A stretch of DNA of 64,000 nt from Blastocladiella emersonii ATCC 22665 (taxonomy: Eukaryota; Fungi; Blastocladiomycota), in NCBI GenBank assembly GCA_025594325.1, contig JANHCV010000001.1, forward strand, positions 3,534,001-3,598,000. Direction: 5' to 3'. Made by a program: the position numbers and the translations under genes. Shown piece after piece: positions 36,238-44,709 of the stretch (the first letter of the stretch is position 1; every line of letters starts with the position of its first letter). The notes beneath the pieces were generated by a model. The model worked only from the letters and a program-made list of their open reading frames with translations, was not told where the DNA came from and made no database searches.

Positions 36238-36870
36238 GTCGTCTTGGTGTAGTGTTGGGGAGGGAGGAAGAGGAGGAGGGAGGGAAGGAGCAGCGCGATC
36301 AACGGCGGCCGTGCAAACGTTGGTGGGAGATCGTATCGGGGCCGGGGGAGCGCCGAGATCTTATACGTTCGCCGCGGCGGGCTGGCCTTGATCCTCGCCT
36401 CGGGAGTTTGCGACGAGAAGAGGCGGATCTTCGAGCAGCGATGGGTTGTGAAACATTCATCTATCCAAGCCTGTGCTATTCTTACAACCGATCATGGGGT
36501 GCGCCGGACCGTTTTGAGCCTCGCGCCGGGCCGCGGGTCGCGATGCGCCACGTCGCGAGCAGTCAGGCGAGCAGCCTCGAAGCCGAGAACCCGGCCGTGC
36601 TCGGGAGCCCCTGCGAAGCTTTCTCGTACTGTAATTGAGGAATTGAAAATGAAATCCACTCCTCCGTCTCAACCTGAGAATTGGTTGCGCGGTGACTGAT
36701 GAGGAGGTCGGTCGAGAGGAGGAGCAAGAGGCCACGGCGGCCAGGCCGTGGCCCTCGCGGGAGGCGCTGACCACTCAACTTGCTCGCCTCATGTGCTCTC
36801 GGGCGAACGAGGAACAGACCGCCTAAGAAATCTACCGGAAAAGAACTTCATTTCATTTCATGCAGAACGG

Positions 36871-38658
36871 TCACGCGGCGGCCAGGCCAAAACCGAAGAA
36901 CAAGGCCGCGGCCGCCGCAAGACCCCATGACGTCGTCCTCTTCACGGGCGCCGCGTTCCACAAACTCTTGCCGCCGCCGGCCGGTGCGCTCGAAGCCGCG
37001 ACGGGAGTCGGATGCTGCTCGACGAGGGGCTGGCTGGGCAGGTTAATCGCAAAGGCGCCGGCGCCGAGCGGGGGCGGCTGCGTCAGCATCGGGTCCATGA
37101 GCCCCGGCGCCGAGGGCAGCAGGCGGTAGCCGAGCGCACGCAGCGCGTCCAGCGTCTTGGACCCGATCCCGGTCCACGGCGCGGCCGTCTTGGCCACGAG
37201 CTGCGCCAGCGTCGTGCCGTGCGGCAGCGAGTAGATCATGAGGAACTCGGCGGTATCGCCGTGCCGCCGATAGGAAACGTGGTCGAGCGACGACCCGGCC
37301 TCGTACGGCGCGAGGCTCGACTCGATCCAGATTGTTGACGACGTGGTCGTATCCGCCGCTATCACGGTCAAGCCGCCGGTGCCGGCGGCCGCCGCGCCCG
37401 TTCCCGTGGTCGCTGCCGCCGCGTCAGCTGAGGCGGCGGTGCCAGATCCGGTCCCCGCGAGTGGTGCGTCCTGCACGACCGGTGGCTTACCGCGCGGGCT
37501 GCTTCCCACGGCCTTCCCCAACGCGGGGGACGCGAACACCACCGCGTCGGGCGACGTGGCGAGCTCGTACAGCCGCAGCGCGGGCTCGGCCGCCTTGCCG
37601 TTGGCCAGGATCCGGTTGACGCGGTCGAGCGCCGCGGGCGGCCGCGCCGACTTGACGACCGTCGCGTTGATGGCCGTCGTGAACGACGACAGCGCGTCGT
37701 CGCGCGGGACCAGGCCCGCGTACGCGGCCGCCCGCGATGACTCGGACATGCTGATCAGCAGCTCGCGGTCGACCTCGGCCAGCCGCGCCTGGTACACGGT
37801 CGGTGGCCGGAACCCGAGGAACGTGGTGCCGCCGTCGGTCGTCTCGGGCACGGGCACGAGCATCTGGTTCTCGACAGCGCCGACCAGGTTCACGGTGCCC
37901 CAGCCGAGCCCGTGCAGCAGCTCGTGTAGGCACACGAGCTCAAAGTCGTACTGGTCGGGACCGATCGCGGGCGGCTGCTGGGCGGTGCGGTTCCCCGCCG
38001 CCGCCGGCGTCGCGGGTGCCGCGGGCGCGCTGCCGGGCGGCGTCACGGGCGTGCCCGAAAAGTACCAGTCGAAGAGCGAGTTGAACCGCGCCGTGACGTC
38101 AAACTCGGCGAGCTGGAGGCCCTCGAGGCTCAGGCCCTGCTGGACCTGGAGCTGGCGGAGTAGCGGCTGCGGGTAGTCGATGAGCATGCCGCCCGAGTCG
38201 CCGTCGCTCGGCATCGCGGGGGACCCGTCGTCCTTGGCCTCGGGGACCCACACCGGGTAGTACCGCGTCGGCGTAGCGTAGCCGAGCGTGTTCATCATCT
38301 TGCACGACGACGCCGGGTCGTACCGCGTCTCGTTGCACGGCAGGAACAGCGTCACGTTGATCTTGATGGGCACGGCGATATCGAGCACCGACTCGAGCCG
38401 CCGGCCCACGTTCTCGAGCGCGCGCTCGGCGTTGCGGCAGAAGGCCGGTTCGCGGTCGCACGCAAACTCCATGGCCACGGCGCGGTTCGTCACCCGGCCA
38501 ATGTACCGCGTCGACGCCGCCGCGATCGGGCGCGTCGTCACGTTGCGCATCTGGCCGCGGTGCGCGACGCCCGCGACCGCGGGCGCGGGGCCGAGTACCG
38601 CGGCCAGCAGCGCGGCGGCGACCAGGAGCGTGATGGCCGCGCGGAGGTGGCTGAGCAT
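36871..38658 (-). CDS. Intronless secreted, probably GPI-anchored zinc-metalloprotease-like protein, about 595 aa, uncharacterised family
   Basis: Signal peptide MLSHLRAAITLLVAAALLAAVLGPAPAVAG; HELLHGLG at 37926-37903; downstream GSSLDH and EFLM; hydrophobic C-terminal tail. Confidence 0.75.
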   Translation of the reverse strand: MLSHLRAAITLLVAAALLAAVLGPAPAVAGVAHRGQMRNVTTRPIAAASTRYIGRVTNRAVAMEFACDREPAFCRNAERALENVGRRLESVLDIAVPIKINVTLFLPCNETRYDPASSCKMMNTLGYATPTRYYPVWVPEAKDDGSPAMPSDGDSGGMLIDYPQPLLRQLQVQQGLSLEGLQLAEFDVTARFNSLFDWYFSGTPVTPPGSAPAAPATPAAAGNRTAQQPPAIGPDQYDFELVCLHELLHGLGWGTVNLVGAVENQMLVPVPETTDGGTTFLGFRPPTVYQARLAEVDRELLISMSESSRAAAYAGLVPRDDALSSFTTAINATVVKSARPPAALDRVNRILANGKAAEPALRLYELATSPDAVVFASPALGKAVGSSPRGKPPVVQDAPLAGTGSGTAASADAAAATTGTGAAAAGTGGLTVIAADTTTSSTIWIESSLAPYEAGSSLDHVSYRRHGDTAEFLMIYSLPHGTTLAQLVAKTAAPWTGIGSKTLDALRALGYRLLPSAPGLMDPMLTQPPPLGAGAFAINLPSQPLVEQHPTPVAASSAPAGGGKSLWNAAPVKRTTSWGLAAAAALFFGFGLAAA

Positions 38659-38920
38659 GTACTGAAGCAGCGCCGTCCGGAGGGTCGGAAGATGTCGTTG
38701 AGCCGGTGGAGACGCAAGTGCGGCGAGTTGCAAGTGTGCTTAGCTTGATACAAGTTACATGAACACGGAACACGTCGGTCGGGCGAGGTCGGTGGTGGCG
38801 TCGAGGAGAGCGGCGCCACCGACTGTGATCGAAGCCTGATCTTCAGCCACGCGGATATCGCACTCATCGGTATCAGTCATTCGGATGGGCAGTAAGAGAA
38901 AATATATCGCGCGTCAACCA

Positions 38921-39987
38921 CTATTCTCGCAGGGGCTTCAGACCGAGCTTGATCCGCATCGCGTTGGTCTCCTCGATGGACATGCTGTCGCGGAACCCGC
39001 CCGACGGGGCGCCGCCGTCGTCGCTGTCGCCGCCCGCGGGTGCCTCCTCGCGCGCCTTGGACTTGGGTTTGGACGAGGATGCGCCCGACTTGTCCTTGAA
39101 CAGCTTGGCGACCTTCTTCTTGCTGACCTTGACCTTGCCGAGATCTACGTCGGGGTCGACGGGCGCGGCGCGCGGGGATCGTGGGACCTCGCCGTCGTCG
39201 CGACTGTCGTCGTCGTCGTGAGGCTGCGGCGGCGCGCTACCGTCCTCGTCGCGGACCTCCTCGTCCACGTCCATGTCGGCATCGCTGCCGCCGTCCTTCC
39301 GCGCGGCGTCCTCGGCATCGACCATGGCGTCAAACTCGTCCTGGATGGCGCTGACGCGGGGCTCGAGCTCGCCGGCGTCCTCGAGGATGTAGCGCTTGGG
39401 TAACCGGGGCAGGATCACGTCGCAGACGCGCTCCTCGGTGAGCAGCTGGTCGACAAACTCGTCCATGAACGTGAGGTCGAACCCGGCGCCGCCCGGCATG
39501 CGTCGGCGCAGCTTGCGCGCGTCGTTGAGCAGCGGCTCGAGCTCCGTGTAGATGTCGACGGGCGACCCGACCACGCGCAGGTAGAAGGCGCCGAGCGCGC
39601 GCAGGTATTTGAACTCCGGGTCGCGGATGTACTCGAGCACGATGTCGGGCGTCGGGTCGATCTGTAGCAGCTTCAGTACCAGGCACAGGAAGGGTGTCGG
39701 GACCTGGTTCCCGTACTGACCGCCGATCGCGTCGAGCTCAACGGCTTTGTCGATCAGGGTTTCGGCTACACACGAGTGGGGTCAGCGGGGGCTACTTCAC
39801 GGTTGCGAGTCCGAGTGCGCGTACCGTTGAGGCCGAAGCACTCTTCCTTCCAGTACCGCGTCTCGTAGACGCGACTCCGGATGATCTTCTCGATCTTGAG
39901 CTGCAGGGCGCCTTCAAACTCCTACGGGCCGTGTCCCTGATCAGCGTCCGTGACGACGGCGAGCGCATCTTCTCGGTAACCCACCAT
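38921..39987 (-). CDS. PRP38: Pre-mRNA splicing factor Prp38 with C-terminal HIND motif, about 314 aa. Exons 39987-39985, 39921-39825, 39765-38921
   Basis: IEKIIRSRVYETRYWKEECFGLNAETLIDKA, PTPFLCLVLKLLQI, FKYLRALGAFYLR, FMDEFVDQLLTEERVCDVILPRL; tail SMSIEETNAMRIKLGLKPL. Confidence 0.95.
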
Positions 39988-40171
39988 GTCGACGGTCTCT
40001 CAGTCTCTCCGATAAACGTTGCAGCAAGTAGTAGACGCGCTCAGTCCGCGCAGAGGCGAGATTTCATGAGAATGGCATGCGGTTGGAGGAGCCGGCCTGC
40101 GTCGACGTGTTCACCTCGGCAAAGTCCCCGCGCTTCACTCTCTCTCTCTCTCCCTCACGCAGCAACCGGCC

Positions 40172-42172
40172 ATGACGCTTCCCATGAAACCAAATGTATC
40201 GCCCGACGGAGTGCCGGGCAACACCAGCGCACCACCGTCATCGTCATCGTCGCCCGCCCCTCCCGCCGCCGCCGGCGCTGCAACGACCCTCCCGCCTCGC
40301 CCCGCCGACACGAACCCGTCCGAGATCCGCGTCCCGTCGCACGGGTGGACGGTGCACGTCGGTCCGACGGGCCACCTGTACGCGTGGAACCACCTGACGA
40401 AGCGGGCGACGTGGAAGCTGCCGCTGGTGCGGCCCGAGCCGCCGTTCGTGCCGTTCCCGCCGCCCGTCCCCAAGTACCACGTCCCGCAGCCGCTGCCCGA
40501 GCGGGTCGTGCGCAAGTTCCGCCTCGGCACGTCCCAGTACTACGCGTGCGAGACGGACGCGGGGAACCGGTTCTTCTACCACAAAAAGAATGGGACCAGC
40601 ACGTGGCGCGCGCCGGGCGACGTCAAGGACGAGATCAAGGCGCTCGATGCGAGGTTGGCTGAGGAGAAGCGGCGGCGCAAGGAGGAGGAGGAGGCTAAGG
40701 CGGCGGAGGCTAAGGCGGCCGACGCTGCAGTAGCTAAGGAGAAGGCGGTCGTGGAACCCGAGGACGAGGAGGTGGTCCACGAGCAGGAGCAGGCGCAGGA
40801 CGATGCCGATCTCGAGTGGGAGCTCATGCAGCTCGAGGCCGAGGCCGAGGCGCTCGACGCGGCGTCCGAGGAGCCGCCCGCCGCCACCACCGGCAACGGT
40901 GACGTTCTCATGGCCGACGCCGACGGCGACGCGATCCAGGACAACGACGACGACGTGATCCACGAGTACACGTTCGAGGAGCGCGCGACGCTGTTCTTGC
41001 AGCACCTGCGATCCGAGGACGTGAGTCCGTTTGCGCCGTGGGAGACGATCGCCGAGGCGCTGCCGGACCTCGAGCTGTCGGACCGCGAGAAGCGCGAGCT
41101 GTTCGACCGGTACTGCGAGCAGCGCGCCGCCGAGAAGCGCGCGGCGCGCGAACGGCTCGACCCGCGCGTCGCCTTCCTCTCCCTCATCGCCGAGAACCGC
41201 AAGCTGTTCTGGGAAGAGTTCAAGCGCAAGTACCGCCGCGAGCCGCGCTTCTACAACTTTGGCGCCACGGACCGCGACCGCGAGAAGCTGTTTAAGGACG
41301 GCAAGAAGATGAAGCCCGCGGAGCTCACCAAGCTGATCCGCGACGCCGAGGCCGCGCTGCTCGCCGGGAACACAGCGACGGCGGCGTCGGCGCCGTCATC
41401 CGACGCGGCCGCATCCATCGCCAAGCTCGCCGAGGACGCGCGCGAGCGCAAACGCCGCGCGCAAGAAGAAGCCATCAAGGCGCGCGAGGCGCAGGTCCGC
41501 GCCGAGCTCGGGCACGCGCAGCGGCAGGTAGACGCGAGCCGGCGCCACGCGCTGCGCGAGGAAGCCTCCGCGACGCTCGCGGCGCTGCTCGTCGACTACG
41601 CGCGCGCCGGCGACTCGGTGGACGCGGCCCTCGACGCGGTCTCGCGCGACCCGCGGTTCGCCACGGCGGTCCGCCCACACCTCGGCCCGCGCGAGCTCGA
41701 CGAGGCCGCGCGTGCGCGACTCGACCACCTGCGCGACCGCGCCGAGGCGGCGGTCCGGGACCGCGTTGACTTGGCGCTCCCGCTCGCCGAGGTCGGGCGC
41801 GCGGACGCGCGGGACGTGCTCCAGCGCGGCGAGTTTGCCGCGGACCTCGCCACGCTCACGCGGTCCGTCGGCGGGCGCGACGCGCTGTACCGTGTCGTCG
41901 AGCGGCACCTCGACGCGCGCCGCGCGCACCTCCGCCAGCTCGGTGCCGAGGCGCTCGACGCCGCGCGTGTCGCGGTCGAGGCGTGGGTCATTGACAAGAT
42001 CGGCAGCGGCGTCGAGCCCGGCGACGCGCTCGACGAGGTGCACGAGTTCCTCGCCGCGGACCCGCGGTGGGCGGGGATGGCCGGAATGCCCGGCGAGGCC
42101 CAGCGGATGGTCCGCGCCAACGTCGAAGATGTCATGGCGGAGGTCCTCAAGAAGGAGGCCGGGCAGGTGTAG
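40172..42172 (+). CDS. WW + FF domain protein (TCERG1/Urn1/Dre4-like), 666 aa, intronless
   Basis: WW motifs GWTVHVGPTGHLYAWNHLTKRATWKLP and FFYHKKNGTSTWRAP; FF-like repeats FLQHLRSEDVSPFAPWE, LFDRYC, WEEFKRKYRREPRF. Confidence 0.8.
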   Translation: MTLPMKPNVSPDGVPGNTSAPPSSSSSPAPPAAAGAATTLPPRPADTNPSEIRVPSHGWTVHVGPTGHLYAWNHLTKRATWKLPLVRPEPPFVPFPPPVPKYHVPQPLPERVVRKFRLGTSQYYACETDAGNRFFYHKKNGTSTWRAPGDVKDEIKALDARLAEEKRRRKEEEEAKAAEAKAADAAVAKEKAVVEPEDEEVVHEQEQAQDDADLEWELMQLEAEAEALDAASEEPPAATTGNGDVLMADADGDAIQDNDDDVIHEYTFEERATLFLQHLRSEDVSPFAPWETIAEALPDLELSDREKRELFDRYCEQRAAEKRAARERLDPRVAFLSLIAENRKLFWEEFKRKYRREPRFYNFGATDRDREKLFKDGKKMKPAELTKLIRDAEAALLAGNTATAASAPSSDAAASIAKLAEDARERKRRAQEEAIKAREAQVRAELGHAQRQVDASRRHALREEASATLAALLVDYARAGDSVDAALDAVSRDPRFATAVRPHLGPRELDEAARARLDHLRDRAEAAVRDRVDLALPLAEVGRADARDVLQRGEFAADLATLTRSVGGRDALYRVVERHLDARRAHLRQLGAEALDAARVAVEAWVIDKIGSGVEPGDALDEVHEFLAADPRWAGMAGMPGEAQRMVRANVEDVMAEVLKKEAGQV

Positions 42173-42289
42173 TGTGATAAATTTTCTGACTCCCACGGCT
42201 CCCGCTCGCTGGTCGCGACGAGGGGGACGCGGACGAAGTTGACCCCGTCCCCACTCCCCTCGCTCTCTCCCAACCACACACACACTGCA

Positions 42290-43666
42290 ATGAAGTCAAA
42301 GAAACACGCCACCGACAACACCAGCGACAGCGAGGGCGAGGGCGCCGTGCCGTCTCTGTACGTCGATCTCGGCGTGGCCGAGGACGCGAGCGACGACGAC
42401 ATCAAGCGCGCGTACCGCAAGCTGGCAATGCGGTTCCACGTACGTCCTCGTGCCGGACGTGAGGCTGAACGGGTCCTGATCCGCCCGATCCGCCGGTGTA
42501 GCCCGACAAGCTCGTCAACGCGACGGCCGACGAGCAGGCGGCGGCCAAGGCCAAGGTACTGCCCGCCCACCGTGCCCTGCCCCTCTCGCCGCTGACCCGT
42601 CGTCGATCCGCACTAGTTCCAAGCCGTGAGCTTCGCATACACGGTCCTGAGCGACCCGTCGAAGCGCAAGCGGTACGACGCGACGGGCTCGGCCGACGAC
42701 CTCCCCGCGGGCCTCACGGGTCTCGACAGCGACGACGCCGAGGCGTACTTCCGGGACCTGTACGCGTCGTGCGTGACGGCCGAGACCATCGCGGCGTTCC
42801 ACGCCGAGTACGCCGGGTCGCCCGAGGAGCGCGCCGACATCCTCGCCGCGTACGCGCAGGGCGAGGGGTCCATGGCGTTCATCCTCGAGAACGTGCCGTG
42901 CACGTCGGTCGACGACGAGGACCGGATCCGCGCGCTGGTCATGGCGGCGATCGAGGGCGGCGAGGTGCCGGCGCACCGCGCGTTCACGCACGAGGATAAG
43001 CGCGAGCGCGCCAAGCGGAAGCGCGAGGCCGACGAGGAGGCCATGGAGGCCGAGGCGCTCGCCAAGGAGATGGGGCTGCGAGGCGGCGCGAGCAAGCGCG
43101 CCAAGACGGCCAAGGCAAGCAAGGGCAAGGACGGTGACGAGGATGATGATGAGGACCTCGACGCGCTCCGCCAGCTGATCCACCGCCGCCAAAACCAGCG
43201 CGAGGCCCAGTTCGGCTCCCTCGTCGACCGGCTCGAGGCCAAGGTACACTACTCTGTTTGCGCGTTCGCGCGACCGCCGCTGACGTGACGGATTCGCGAG
43301 TAGTACGCGTCGGGCCCGTGCTCGAGCAAGTCCAAGGCCAAGGCCAAGAAGCCCGCCCCTGCGCCCGCGCCGGCCAAAAAGAAGGCGGCAGCACCCGCGC
43401 GCAAGGCTGGCAAGCCCGTGGCCAAGTCGTCGAGCGACATGGACGAGGAGGACGAGGTCTCGGCCGGCGCCGGCAGCGACGAGAGCGACGACGGCGGGAG
43501 CGACTGGGAGTCGGCGTCGTCGGGCGGCGACCTCGACGAGGAGGACGAGGTGACGGACGACGAGCCTGCGGTCCCCCGTCGGCGGTCGTCGGCGGCGCGC
43601 AAGTTGGCCGCGGCCGCTCCAGCTGCCGCCGCTGCGAGCACACGGCCGCGTCGTCGTGGCCGGTGA
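42290..43666 (+). CDS. DNAJC9: DnaJ (class C) protein, DNAJC9-like, about 397 aa. Exons 42290-42439, 42502-42555, 42617-43243, 43304-43666
   Basis: J domain with the HPD motif split by intron 1 (H|PDK); YAGSPEERADILAAY...MAFILENV...DEDRIRALV..AIEGGEVP; LEAKY. Confidence 0.85.
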
Positions 43667-43758
43667 TTCACTTCACTGTTCTCCCCCCGCGCCCGCTTAC
43701 ATGCACCTCGCCCACCACCCATGAATACACGTCCCCGCTCCCGCCCGACTCAGTGCAA

Positions 43759-44640
43759 ATGAACGTCCACGGGGCCACGACCTTTGCGCGCGTCGAGCTG
43801 CCGTCGCGCCGCGCCCACACGCACGCCATGACCGCCATCGACGCGGCGGTGCGCCGCCACGCCGAGGCCAAGCGCGAGGATATCATGAAAAAGTACCACG
43901 CCGAGCGCGCGCGCCGCCGCCGATCGCTCCAGCGCACGGGCAGCAGCGGCAGTGCCGCCGGCAGCGCGGCTGGGTCCGCGTCGGCGTCCGGGACCGCGTC
44001 GCCCGCCAACGAGCCGTCCGAGGACGAGGTGTGGGAGGCGATTCTGCGGAAACTGCAGAAGGTGCGACGGGGTTGCCGCTCTCCTCGCGGACGGCGCGGG
44101 TGCTAACCGGCGTGTGCGATGCGACGTTGCTTAGGAATGGCTCATCGAGACCAAGCAGATCGTCGACATGAACGCGGCCATCGGGAGCGTGCCCATCAAG
44201 GACTGCGAGAGTACGCTCTCCCTCTCCCTCTCGCACTCACACCCCACATCCTCACCCCCTCTCGCACGCATGTAGTCCTGGAACCCGTCGACCTGGTCTC
44301 CCACGCGCGCCTGATGGAGCAAAAGCACGAGCTCGCGCGCCTGCAGGCGACGGTGCTCCCGATGCGCGCGTCGCGGCCGGGCACGCTCGAGCTGCTGGCG
44401 CGCGACCGGCTGGCGGCCGTGGCCAAGAACCGCCGCGAGGCGGCCGCGCGCGCGACCGTCGCCGGGAAACCGCCCGCACCCGCGGGCACCCGCGCGGCCG
44501 TCGGACCGTACATGGTGCGCACGGAGCTCGTCTGCATGGAGGAGAGCGCGCTGGAGCTTGAGGTCATGGCGCGCGACGCGGCGCCGGTTCTGGCGGGCGC
44601 GGGGGTGCCCGGGATCGTCGTGGACCGGACAGAGACGTGA
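43759..44640 (+). CDS. Probable kinetochore MIS12-complex subunit Nsl1/Mis14-like protein, about 247 aa. Exons 43759-44061, 44135-44210, 44276-44640
   Basis: Clean GT-AG splicing. The pattern RVEL...WLIETKQIVDMN...EPVD...ARLMEQKHELARLQATVLPMRASRP resembles fungal Mis14 (N..EPFD..L..R.......va.lRr..P) from recall only. Confidence 0.55.
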
Positions 44641-44709
44641 GGGAGAGGATGGGATAAGAGATACATTTTTGTTTGTCTCGTTGCACACGCAAAACAACAA
44701 CGACAGCGC

